The translations under genes were made by a program, and so were the position numbers. A DNA stretch of 64,000 nt from positions 3,596,001 to 3,660,000 of the forward strand of contig OZ361260.1 of the NCBI GenBank assembly GCA_977018835.1. The letters are read 5' to 3'. This DNA is from Minutocellus sp. GHC0000111. Lineage: Eukaryota. Below are positions 38,124 through 49,774 of this stretch, one piece after another; positions within the stretch are counted from its first letter, which is position 1, and the number at the start of each line of letters is the position of its first letter. The notes under the pieces are model-generated. The model did not search any database. It was not told where the DNA came from and saw only the letters and a list, made by a program, of their open reading frames with translations.

Positions 38124-38150
38124 GCAAATTTGCCAGTAACAATTGCCAAG

Positions 38151-38247
38151 CAAGGATCTCCATGCGATTTGCGATGAATGACGGTTTGGTGGAATGTTTG
38201 ATAATATCTCGCCAAACTTGAATATTTCGTGAGCACTGGACCCTTTG
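38151..38247 (+). promoter_or_regulatory. SECIS element (form II) in the 3'UTR of the selenoprotein
   Basis: ATGAC (38178) / TGAA (38219) core, helix II GGTTTGGTG:CGCCAAACT, apical AA with TGTT:AATA mini-stem, lower helix TTTGCGA:TCGTGAG extended by CAAGG..TCCA.TGC:GCA.TGGA..CTTTG. Confidence 0.85.
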
Positions 38248-38366
38248 CGATGTATATTGTACGTGAAGAACATACATAGCAAGATGTATATGATAGCATA
38301 ATCTTATATATACACGATCGTATCTTTATACGTCGTAGCAAAATAATAATTATTCCGATGTACAAG

Positions 38367-40345
38367 CTATGCTACAACAATTTCTTCGCCTTCCAAATCA
38401 TCCTTCAACCCAACCAAATCGTCAGCATTGAGCAGTACACTCATCTCACGGAGTAGTTGCTCTTCATCCTTTTCCGGCACCAAGGCAGCCTTGGACATGT
38501 CGACTCGGTCCATCCTCCACAGCCCCAGGCATGCCGCAGGCTCCTCCACTTCAGACAAATACGGCTTCTCCACAATCATCGCACAGTCTATACGCACATT
38601 CTTTACTTGGCCGAGGACAATATTGCAAATCTTTCGAACGCCAGGATTACCGATCAAGTCGCAGTCTACCTCCAGAAGCGCGCTTTTTTTCTTGCCAGTG
38701 TTAGAATCTATCGATTCATCGTATTCGTGCCATGTAGCCCCGACTCTACCGCCAGCAATCGTTACTTCCTTCTGTGGCAGTCCCATTGCTTTGATTATAT
38801 ATGGGCCGTCTACAAGGCACGGCAATATTTTCCACCTCCTGTTTCGATATTGAACGGTCCCTCTAAGAAAGCGTTTGAAGGCCTTGGTGTCTTCTGTATC
38901 GTCCTCCTCTTCTACAATATCTTCAAATTTCTTGATCCAGCTAGGCATCTGAAAATAGACGACCAAGTTGGCTCCAGGGAGCATAAGATTGACGATGAAT
39001 GTAGGCACATCTCGAAGGCCATTCTGCTCCAAAATTGGTTGCCGACAAATTCGCTCCTGGAGTATGTCAGCTCGGAATACGTCCATACCTCGCAGCTTAA
39101 TGGCTCCACCTCGATATTTGCCTGCAGGATTGAGGCCCGGTCATTCCCCGTATTGACGTGACCCAATCTCTCGGTTTTCATTCGAGCAGCATAAACATCT
39201 TCGGTGACATCTTGTTCTCCAGGAATCGATGATTGTGCATCCGAATCGCTTTCTTGATATGAATAATCGGATGAACTGCACGGCTTGGTTCGAAAGTCGT
39301 CGTACTTGAGCAATCGTTGCATCAATGCCCCCGTGGGCTTATCATACACGTGCTCCTCCCAATACGCTTTGGTCCTTCGAGTGGCATCCCCCAGAGTTGT
39401 CCAAATATCACCAGGAATATCCGCCAGGCTTGACATTGGGGTCAGCGTTGGTCGAGACCGCGCTGGCTCAACACTACCTGGGGTTACCAGATACGAAGAA
39501 ACTCCCCGGAATAGCTGGAATACATAGTCACGCTTGCGCTCAATGTATGTAGGTGGTCTGCTTATCGCGGCGCCTTGTCGTTCTTCGTTGAACGAGACGC
39601 GGCTAATCGACTTGTTCAGAGGACACTTTTGTGGAGAGAGAGACCTGTTTGGTCCTTTCACTCCCTCTTCGCCAGCAACAGCCGTACCAAGAGATGCAAC
39701 TTCATCACGAATCACCGCTTTGTGCATCACCGGCCAAAGCAAATGCCCAGCTAGAACCCCAAGTATGGTCCATAAGACAGCCAAATGCAAAGGGACGACG
39801 CCGTCTGACCGAATCATGTCGGAACTTCGGATCGATGAGATAGTCCCGACAACGAAAATGATTGACAACCGACAAAGCTCTGGCGTAAATCGAAGGAATT
39901 TGAATTTATCGCCATCGTCAGGGGCCGTCGATTCCTCTTCATTGCTAATCACACCAACCATGATACTAGACTGTCTCTTTGGTACTTCGTCGTCACTTTT
40001 GGTAGTGCTCTTAATCGATGCTCCGACGAGCGGTGTTGTCTCGTCGTCCCCATTAGTAGCATTTGAAGATGAGCCGGGCAATGCGACAGCATAATGCCCC
40101 GCCCTAGGCGTATTGTTTGTCAAAACCTTCGGAGGGATAATGCTTCGTACATTGGGCGCAGCTTCATTGACGCTGCCCGCCTCTGTTGTGGTGAGGTGGA
40201 GGGCCTTTTTGCACTTGGCTGTTCCGTCGACATGTGCATTTTTGATCGTCGTTTTGGTTGCTCGGTATGCCTCCTCTGCGGCGTCGGCGACATCCTCAAG
40301 AGCCCCCTTGCCCTTTTGGTCTTTACTGGTACCCCTGGACGTCAT
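38367..40345 (-). CDS. EDR2 C-terminal (DUF1336)-like protein with two TM helices; frameshift ~39098
   Basis: LRGMDVF...PTFIVNLMLP...RNRRWKILPCLVDGPYIIK...LEVDCD pattern; the two overlapping ORFs need a one-base correction. Confidence 0.7.
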
Positions 40346-40710
40346 GCTGCCTATCTCTAGCTACTAGACCTAGCTGCGTGTTTACGCTGGTCTGGTGGCC
40401 GTGCATGGCAATATGGCAATGTGGCAATTGGCGGCCGGCATGCATTGCGAGTGGGCATGCTTTTATAAGGGGGCAAACAGGGCAGAAAATGGTCTGCTCC
40501 CTCAAATTCAAATCGAGCGCGCCATGCATTGGCATGGCGCGGCTTGCGTGCAAATGGCGGGGGCAGCAAAAGTCGAAAAGGCACCAGCCCGTTCCTTCAA
40601 GTTATTCCTTCCAAGTTTTGCATTATCGCGCCATATTACGCTTCGCCGGTCTGGGCTGAAAGTATATTTTGTGCTTGTAGATTCTAGCATTCTGAGTTGA
40701 CCTCCCAAAA

Positions 40711-42841
40711 ATGTCGAGAAATGCGTCTCATTTGGTGCAGGGCGACGACGCTGCCGGCGGCCCCGCCACAACCAATATGCCGATGATGATGACGATGCCG
40801 ATACCGCCCTAACATTCGGCCTGACCGTTGGCCAAATCGTAGCCAAGGATGAAGAAGAAGATGCCGATGCCGTGATGAGTGTCAGCACCATGCTGACCAG
40901 TAGTGGGATCCAGACTGCTTGCCAATCAATTGTTGCATTGCCCACGTCAGGAGCGGCAGATGGTGCATGTGCTACAAATTTTGGCACCCGAGCAGACCCG
41001 ACTACCGGTAGCCCAAACCAAGTCACAGCAAAGCATGAACCTCCCGCCCGATCTATCAGAAAAGGTCGAAGGGGATTTGGAATCATGCTGGCCGATAACG
41101 CCGGTGGCAGTGCCACCGTTGTCGGTACGCATACGGCAGTTTCGAGCAATGAGACGAGCAGGCGCACTGACGAGGCGCAAAAACTACCCTTGGCGGCAGC
41201 ATCGTCTCAAGCCGATGATTCATTCACTGGCAATACCACCTTTGATTCTTCCTTCAGTGGAAGTGGCCATGGATCTCCCGCAAAGAAGACGCAGAGGACG
41301 CCTACGCCAGTGGCTGAACAGACCAAGGCGCCACTTGAAAATGATGACAAGGCAAAGTCAGGAGGAGGGCGTTACTCATCTCGATGCTTGCTGCTTACCG
41401 GTCTCGCCATTCTCTTGATTGTAGGCGGTGTCTTGGGTGCTGTGGCCGGTACTGTAGGGTTGAACAAAACATCTGCTTCCATGCCATCTAGCAGCACCGG
41501 AAATGATGGGCAAGATGAATCTGAATCTGCAATGGTCCCACCCCTTCTCCTCTTACAAAATCTGAGAAGCCCACGAGAGCTTCCAACAAGAAGAAAAATG
41601 GCAACCCTGCTCGCACTTCTCCGACTGTCAGCCCAACAACGGTCTCACCGACCACTATCGATCAAATATCCGACCCAAATGCATATGTTCCTGGTCATCT
41701 AACACAAATAAAGCTTGGCGTGCGTCTATCGCACGGCCTCGACATCAAAGTCATTGCCAACTCCAAGCGAACCGTCAAATACAGCAATGGTAGGTCCTCC
41801 GACCGGCTTTTTCACGAACGCCCAGACTTTGGAGCTACGTTCCAAGTGCCCAACACGGAGGGAGGCTGGGTGTATCTTTCCAATTCTGAGATGGAAAAGG
41901 TGACGAAAAATGGAAAAGTCGTTTCTTCAGGCGGCGTCGGTCGAATTACTTTCGATGCAGATGGAGAAGTAATTGGATACGATATGATTTTGAAAAAGAC
42001 GGATCGAAATTGTGGCGGCGGCAACACACCCTGGAATACTTTTGTGTCGTGTGAAGAATCGCAAAAGGCTCCACCTGTTGGACATTGCTTTCAGGTAGAT
42101 CCCTTCAAGAAGGCGGTGCAAGAAAAGAGTGAAACGCGGACTGTTCTCGGTGGAGCCGATGGTGGGAGCCTGGAATCATTCGCTTATGATGCAAGAAACA
42201 AGAAGTCACCTCGCTTCTTTGTCACGGAAGACCAGGCCGACGGTGCCTTGCGTCGCTTCACTCCAGCTACAGTCGATTGGGACAACCCGTCGCGTATGCT
42301 GCACGATGAGAAGGGAACCCTCCAATACCTCGTCCTCGTTCCTGCCGACGAGGAAGGCCGAAATGGTACATTCGAGTGGACGGGCAACGAAATCAGGGCA
42401 GGAAGGTCTGCACAGCAGTACTATCCCAACGCCGAGGGCATTGACGTTGCCAACGGTATTCTATACTTTGTTTCCAAGAAGGATGAAGACTTGTTCATCT
42501 TGGATCTCGATAATTTCACCTACGAGCGCAAGATCGTCCGAGAAGAGGGCATCGATGTCAGTCCGGACCAGCTGGTTCGACTTGGAGGGGACGATGGTAT
42601 CATGTACCTGACCGAAGATGGAGGAGCCGAGGCTGGAATACACGGACGAGATGCCCAGGGCCGATACTTCACCATTTTGGAAAGTCCAATCTACAAGGAG
42701 GAGACGACAGGATTGGCATTCAGTCCAAACAAAAAGCACATGTACCTGGCCTATCAGAAGAATGGAATCATTTTCGATGTGTGGCGGAAGGACGGCAAGA
42801 AGTTCGATGGAGGCAGCTTGAATGTTAAGTACCATCGTTAG
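40711..42841 (+). CDS. Second PhoX-like (DUF839) phosphatase, type II membrane-anchored; frameshift ~41531, 5' end uncertain
   Basis: Same motifs as the 30106 gene; TM LLLTGLAILLIVGGVLGAVAG. Frame restoration gives the shared TTIDQISDPNAYVPGHLTQ.KLGVRLS. Confidence 0.85.
42443..42804 (+). repeat. 362-bp identical inverted copy of 30146-30507 (3' ends of the PhoX paralogs)
   Basis: Base-by-base comparison by eye shows identity including third codon positions; flanks diverge. Confidence 0.88.
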
Positions 42842-43006
42842 CAGTGAGAATAAAGGATCTTATATATGTATTTACATGTATGCTGCACTGCTTTCAATTT
42901 GATTCTAATAAATGATAGACAATGAATATTACGAATGTCGCATACCCCAAGGGACAATCTCCCAACGGCTGAACAGATCTACATTTCTTAGCGAGACATG
43001 CAATGC

Positions 43007-46000
43007 TTAGCTCCTGCCACTGCTTGGGGGGAGCTCCGTGCCGATGTGTCTTGTGGTGAGCTTGGCATTCTTCCGAACTCTCTTCTCCTCGCGCCATCGC
43101 TTGCCACGCATGCCACCTCGGTAGAGAACGTTGATAATCTGCTGAATGGGAAGGGATCCAGCGCCAAAGACCAAGCTGTAGCCCCAATACTCGGCAGGAA
43201 GACCGCCATCTGCCACATGCACAGCCTCACGGCCGAATTCGACCATGATGACTTGAAGGACGGACGTTACTAGGAGAATTCCACAAAAGATTGGGTTCTT
43301 CAACATACCCTTGAATACGTTCACTTCCCCTTTCAAATTTCTCGAGTTGATTTCATTGAAAAGCTGCATCCAAACGAAAGCGTTGAAAATAAAGGTGTAA
43401 TGAATCGAGTTCTGCTTCTTGTAGCCGGGATAGTAGCTATCATTCTTTTCAACTTTGTACCCAGGTTCGAAGCCAAACACAGAAGGACCGGCAAAGAACA
43501 GGAACATTACCACTGCAATCTGATATGCGGCCTGACCAAGCATGTTCGCCCACATCCTCTTGGTAATCATGTGGTCGGATCTGTTGACAGGAGGCTTCTT
43601 AAGCAGTTCTGGAGTTGGGGGTTCCGACGCCAGAGCAAGAGAAGCGAGAGAGTCCATTAGCAGGTTCACCCATAGAAGCTGAATGGCTGCGAGAGGACTC
43701 TGCTGGTATGCAAACGCACCAACAAGGGCCGTAACAACGGCGGAAATGTTGACTGTAAGCTGGAATTGCAAAAACTTTTGGATACTGGCGTACACATTGC
43801 GTCCCCACTTGGCAGCAGTGACAATAGAGGCGAAGTTATCATCGAGCAAGATGATATCAGCAGCATCCTTGGCAATCTGAGTACCAGCAATTCCCATTGC
43901 GAAACCAATATCGGCCCGCTTCAGAGCAGGAGCGTCGTTCGTTCCGTCTCCTGTCATGGCAATTACCTGACGGTCGGGGAAGATGACGATATTATCCTCG
44001 GCCTTCAATGCCTTGCACGCCTCCTTGTCCGTGAATAGCGTCGATTGGTTCAGTCCGTGAGCAAGCGTAAGCTTATCATCGGGAGAACTACGGGCCAACA
44101 CACGCCAGTGCGGCCAAATCTTGTCGAAATGAGCCTGGTCGAACTCCTTCTTTCCATCCTCCTCCTCGCGGTAGACGAGTCGTCGGAATTCCTTTCCTTC
44201 CAACAGCACAATGGGCTTGAGATTTTCAGCAACCATTTCGGGTTCACCTTCCCCCTTGCCAGCGTCCTCACCACTTGCTTCGCCGAGGTGGGCAAAGTGA
44301 TGACGCTTCAGAATACCAGCCTGATACGCAATGCTGACGGCGGTATTTGGACTGTCACCGGTAACAAGTCGGACATCAATACCGGCCTCGTAGCATTTCA
44401 GGATGGCATCGGGAACCTCAGGACGGAGAGGATCCTCAATTCCAACGAGGGCCGCAAACACCATTTCGGTCTCGCAAACGAGGGCCGGAGTGCCGTCCGC
44501 GTTCAAAACGGACTGACTCTTCTCATCAAAGTCAAATCCAGCGGGAATATCTCTGTAGGCAAGGGCAAGAGTTCGCATGCCCCTCCGGGCATACAGCTCA
44601 GCCGTGTTCAGAACATTGCTTCGGGCACTGTCCGTCATTACCTCGGTGCGCTCGTTATTCGAAGGTCCGTCCACAAGCTGCGACGTGCATCGAGCAATCA
44701 CAACCTCGGAGGCTCCCTTGCTGTACAGCCGGAATCCACCACCCTCCTTCAAGACAGCCCAACTCATCATCTTCCTCGCCGAGGAGAAGGAAATCTGCTT
44801 ACCCTCGTGAAGGAATTCGGCCAAATCTCCAACGTCCGCTCGTCCCTTGGTCCCATTTCGGATGGTGCGATAATCCTTACCGAGCTGATGGACCAGCGTG
44901 AGAAGAGCAACTTCCGTGGGATTGCCGCTGGAACCAGTGAGCTTGCCAATGCCATCCTTCTCCTTGTTGTCGTCATCAAGATACAAAACGGTCTCGTTCA
45001 TGGTATTGATCGAAATCAGATTGATGAGAAGGGCAATGACGGCATCCGGGGGCGGGTCGAGCTCTGCAGCACCATCTCGCCGAGCGTCACGGCGGGGTGG
45101 GTGCAAAGGAAGTTGTTGTTGGCCGTGTAGATGGCCCGGGCCGTCATCTTATTGGCCGTCAGGGTACCGGTCTTGTCGGAGCAAATGGTCGTGGCGCAGC
45201 CCATGGTCTCGCAGGCATCCAAATGCTTCACGAGGTTCTGATCTCTCATCATCTTCTTGGACGAGAAGGCCAAGGCCAACGTCACGGCAAGGGGCAGACC
45301 CTCGGGAACGGCAACGGCCAACACAGTGATACTCAGGATGATGTAATCGATGATGGCCGTGGCCGACTCTCGATTGATGCCCAGACCAATGATGCAGCTC
45401 ACGATGAAGGCGACAGAGGCGGCAACGGTGCCCGCGATGCCAATCTGCTTGGCAATCAGAGTGAGCTTGGTGAACAGTGGGGATTCGTCGTCGCCATCTC
45501 CCAATTCGGCATCGCCGTCGTGATCCTCGGACTCGTACACACGGGCCTTGATCTTGCCAGCGACGGAGTTGATACCGACGGCAATGACGACCATCTTGCC
45601 GGTCCCCTGCGAGGCGGTGGTGCCCGACAGGATGACGTCTCCGGGACGCTTGGCGATCATCTTGGACTCACCGGTGAGGGCGCTCTCGTCCATCTTGAGG
45701 GGGGTACCGGCCTCGGGACCGAGAAGGACGCAGTCGGCGGGGATGGACGCGAGGTTGTGCGCGTTGACGCTGAGGACGTCGCCCACGACGATGTCGGCAT
45801 CGACGACGTTGATCTGCAGTCCGGCACGGATGACGGACTTGGTGTTGGTCATCTCGAGGGACTTGGTCAGCCGGACGAAGGCGAACTGCTTCTGGTAGTC
45901 GATGCCGGCCGTGATGAGGACGACGATGACGACGGCCAGGAGGATGGCGGCACCCTCGATCCAGCACGTGCCGCAGGTCTCCCCCTCCTCGACGCCGACG

Positions 46001-46761
46001 GTGGTATCGACGACGATGGTGATGATGCCCAGCACGATGAGCATGATGAGGACAAAGTCCTGGACGGCCTCCCAGCAAAGCTTGAGGAAGGAGTCGAGCT
46101 TCTTGTCGGCAATGGCATTGGCCCCAAAGGTCTCGATGCGCGATTGGAGGTTGGCCGGGTTGGGATCGAGGCCGGTCTCGGGCGAGGAGCGGAGGACGAG
46201 GGAGGTAAGGGCCGCGGCGGCCACCTCGGCGTCGGCATCGGCGTGCTGCTGCTCGGGAGAGTGGTCCGGGAAGGGCTCCTTGTCGGCATTCTCCTTCATG
46301 CGGGCGATGAGGTTGGCAATGTGCGTTTCCGCCCGAACGACCTCGCTGGGTGCTTCGGCGTCACGGTTATCCGTCTTGGACGCAGAGGCCGACGCCGACG
46401 CCGACGTCTGCTCGTCAATCCTGTCGAGGGCCCTCTCCAACAACTTGGCCAGCGCCAGGCGGGTCCGATCGTTGGCCAGCTCCGACAGATCCTCCTTGCT
46501 CACAGGGAACGGCGCGTGGGCCAAGTCGTCGGCATTGCGCTCGGTAACGTTCTGGACGATGCCCTCCGTCGCGGCCGAGAGGAGGTTGTACTCCGCCCGG
46601 ACCTTGGCGCCCGTCGAGGTCGTCGACCGGGCCGACCCGAGGGAGCGGTTGGAGTCCTCCTTCTTCGTCATGGCGGGCCGTCCTAGTTCGCCGGGAGGGT
46701 CTCTACCGCCGGTGCCGTTACCGTTGCTGCCATTAGCATTCTGCTCGGTTTTCTGCGTCAT
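43007..46761 (-). CDS. P-type Ca2+-ATPase (P2B/PMCA-ACA type); frameshift in the G5 run 45048-45052
   Basis: DESALTGES, VAVPEGLPLAVT, CSDKTGTLT, KGASE, LARSSPDDK, TGDGTNDAPALKRAD and QLLWVNLLMD motifs. Confidence 0.95.
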
Positions 46762-47528
46762 CTTTCAATCTTTCTTGCTCGCTTATGCTGCGACGTGTGG
46801 CAATGTATGCTTTCTACCACCGACCTTGACAACACAAGTCAATCAACCAAAGAAATAAATACTCCAGGCGAAACCTTGCTGCAGTTCAGAGCTCACTGAC
46901 TAACGGTTGGCAAAGCAGCAATGCAATGCGGGTGCGGTATTGGTCGCGATCGATATGCGGACCCTAGCAACCAAGCACAAGGCAAGGCAGGCAAACAACA
47001 GCCAAAGCAAGACCAAGATACCCGGTCGAAGTGAAAGTCTGCCAGAGCCGACACGATCAGGATGCAGGTATGCAATCCCTCCTGAGCGCTTTGCGGGCTG
47101 TGTGAACTGTGACTTGGACTCGACTCGTATCTACTCTAGCTAGGCCTAGCTAGTATCTGCCAGCGGTACCCGACCAAGACTGGCCCACCTTTGCTTCTCC
47201 CCTGCGTTCATTCAGATCGCGATTGTTTGTGGAATACGATGCTTTCTATGTCGTCATAATGACGTTTGTAACACGATTTAAAGGCCTGACTCTGCCGATG
47301 CCGGATCCAAGATGCGATGCTGATGGCATTGTGATGATAGATAGAGCAGATACGACGCATTCTGTTGTCCCCATGCCCAATTCAGCAACGGAACTCGCCT
47401 TGGCTACTTGAATGCCTTCTGATTAGCACTTTGCCCGTCGATCTCGTCCTGGTGCCTCTACTCTCATTTCAAGCACCAAAGCGTTTCGTTGATCCTCTTC
47501 CAAACAGAACCAATCTTACCAAAAAAAT

Positions 47529-48731
47529 ATGCCTCCTTCCATTCCAAGACCTGAACCTGAGGCCTCCACCATGAAGATCCGAGAGCTCAAAGCCGAGCTG
47601 GCATCGCATGGGATATGCGCCGTCAACATATTGGAGAAGTCGGAACTGGTGCTGGCTGTAAATGAGGCGAGAGAGGCGGCAGCGGCGAAGCGCCAGAAGA
47701 AGCGTGGTGATCATCATCCTCGTCATCATCATCATCATCATCATCAAGAGGTGTCCTCCCCATCCTCGTCGAGGAAACAAGACGAGCCACCACATATATG
47801 CGCATATGCGCGTGGCAACGTGGACCACCCCGAGGAACAACGATCAAAGAACGACGAGATCGCTTCCATGTCAGTCAAGCAGCTCAAAATGGAACTGGAA
47901 AAGTGTGGCATCTCCCCCTCTCAATTCTTTGAGAAGGGCGAAATGCAGGACGCCCTGAGATCTGCCCAAAGTATCAACAGGAACGAACACATGTCACATC
48001 AGCATTCCGCAGGTGATGTTGCTGTCCCCACAAATCCCTCCAGAAATTCAAACACTGCCCCACCAACATCTGTATTTCCTGCATCACTTTCGGAATCCTT
48101 TGGTGGGCCGCAGGTTTCTGCTCGTACTACTACTAATGGCATCAGTGCCTCGACACCCTCAGATTCGCACCCGAAGAAACCAGGGAGATCAGCCAAGGTT
48201 TCGGATCAATATTCCTGGTGTAGCAGCAAAGAGGCCTCGAGGGATGTGAAATCCAGTACTTCTAGGAGGAGCGCAAGGCGTCATTCCAGGGAAGAGACTG
48301 GTCAACCAGCCAGCTGTTGCGACACATATGCAGGTAGCCAAGATGGAGGCATGAAACGAATGCCCCAGAGTTTCATGCCTGTCAATACATTCGATTCTGG
48401 AACTGCTGGAGGCGGGCCAATGGGTGGAAGTCCCGGTGCTGGATTGGGTAGTAGCGTGGGTGGCGATGCTGTATTCTCTGATAGTCCGACCGATGGCAAT
48501 ATCGGTGCTGCAAATGAAACGGTTACCGAGACACCATTCGTTCCAGTATCTTTCAAGAAAGCTCCTTTGCACCACAATTCGCAAAGGATGGGCCGTGATG
48601 GAGGGCGAGATGGCATGAAGAGGCGAGAATATGCCAGAGCGCCAGCTCAAGCCTCAGCTCATCAAAGTCCGTCCTCGGTAGCAAACAATTCTTTCGAGCA
48701 GGATGCTCGGCCGGAATGGCTTCAAATGTAA
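47529..48731 (+). CDS. Hypothetical protein with two SAP/LEM-like helical repeats and a poly-His tract
   Basis: MKIRELKAEL..HGI....LEKSELV and MSVKQLKMEL..CGI....FEKGEMQ repeats. Confidence 0.65.
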   Translation: MPPSIPRPEPEASTMKIRELKAELASHGICAVNILEKSELVLAVNEAREAAAAKRQKKRGDHHPRHHHHHHHQEVSSPSSSRKQDEPPHICAYARGNVDHPEEQRSKNDEIASMSVKQLKMELEKCGISPSQFFEKGEMQDALRSAQSINRNEHMSHQHSAGDVAVPTNPSRNSNTAPPTSVFPASLSESFGGPQVSARTTTNGISASTPSDSHPKKPGRSAKVSDQYSWCSSKEASRDVKSSTSRRSARRHSREETGQPASCCDTYAGSQDGGMKRMPQSFMPVNTFDSGTAGGGPMGGSPGAGLGSSVGGDAVFSDSPTDGNIGAANETVTETPFVPVSFKKAPLHHNSQRMGRDGGRDGMKRREYARAPAQASAHQSPSSVANNSFEQDARPEWLQM

Positions 48732-48893
48732 AGCACTATCAAAACCAATACAATTTTTTCCTTGTCTTTATTTACAGTAGTATCGAAATATGTACAATGC
48801 CGGCCAAGCAACCCCAGCAAGTTATCTCATCATATCATTCATCTCGTCCGCCCAATACCAAAATGCAACAGCAGACTTCATCTCTGCAATTAA

Positions 48894-49397
48894 TTATTGG
48901 TGATGGTTGCTTCTTCTCACTTCCATTACAAATGCCTTATTTTCCAGAGTATCAATAGTCAATCCGCCTCCTTCTCTCGGCACGTATCCATACCCCATAC
49001 TTTCAAGTGCAATAGAGCTAATAACAAAGAACCATGCCGCAAAATTGATGACCTTGCCAATCTTATCTGGTAGCAAGAGTCGATTCATCACCCGTCGCGA
49101 TGCCGCCTCCTCTTTCTGTGCGATTTCAGCAAGCGTGAATTTTTGCGAAGTGGCTTTTTCGCCGTCATCTTGATCGGTGTCGTCTTCAGATGCTTCATCT
49201 CGTCTCGCTCTTCTTCGAGTGTTTCCCAGCATTATTCTCGAATGACGTGGTTGGGCAAGCTTTCGGATGTTCCCAGACATGGAGCTGCACCGAACTGATT
49301 CGCCTGAGAATCCCGCAACAGAAGAACACATCGACGCAGCGATTAGCAGGCCCAGTAGGCAGGAGATGGTGGTGGGGAACACGGAACGGGCCATCAT
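48894..49397 (-). CDS. Small signal-peptide (possibly plastid) membrane protein
   Basis: Signal peptide plus VAGFS; one C-terminal TM followed by GYGYV. Confidence 0.65.
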   Translation of the reverse strand: MMARSVFPTTISCLLGLLIAASMCSSVAGFSGESVRCSSMSGNIRKLAQPRHSRIMLGNTRRRARRDEASEDDTDQDDGEKATSQKFTLAEIAQKEEAASRRVMNRLLLPDKIGKVINFAAWFFVISSIALESMGYGYVPREGGGLTIDTLENKAFVMEVRRSNHHQ

Positions 49398-49774
49398 TGT
49401 TCGTCTCGGCTCTGTCTGGTCTACGAGTATTCTCAGTATGTGGCTGCATGCTGTGTGACGCCGAGTGAGTCAAGTCGAGTGAGTCGAGTCAGTCGAGTCG
49501 CGGCGATTCCTCGTCTGTCCTTCGTCCGCTCGCGGCTTTCGAGCGATTATTCGGAAGCAAGCAATCTCATGCAGAGCTGCTGCTGCGGAGCAGCAACTCC
49601 TCCTTGCCTTTCGCTCTCATGTAATGAAACGCTCGTATGTAGCAGATAGCACCTCGGCCAAGGCGAAACGAACGAAACTAAGAAAGGAACGGGCCGTGGC
49701 GAATTTTCCAACCAGTGCTGACCCTGCCGCATCTTTTCCAGATGCGGAAGATGAGGCATCAAATCTGCCAATAA

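Noticed and set aside
45048..45052. Programmed ribosomal frameshifting in the Ca2+-ATPase and other split genes
   Set aside because: The breaks share no slippery motif or direction, and most are simple homopolymer indels.
45097..46686. Long antisense or alternate-frame ORFs (529 aa here; also 21711-23000 and 44045-45130)
   Set aside because: Shadows of GC3-rich coding sequence on the other strand or frame.
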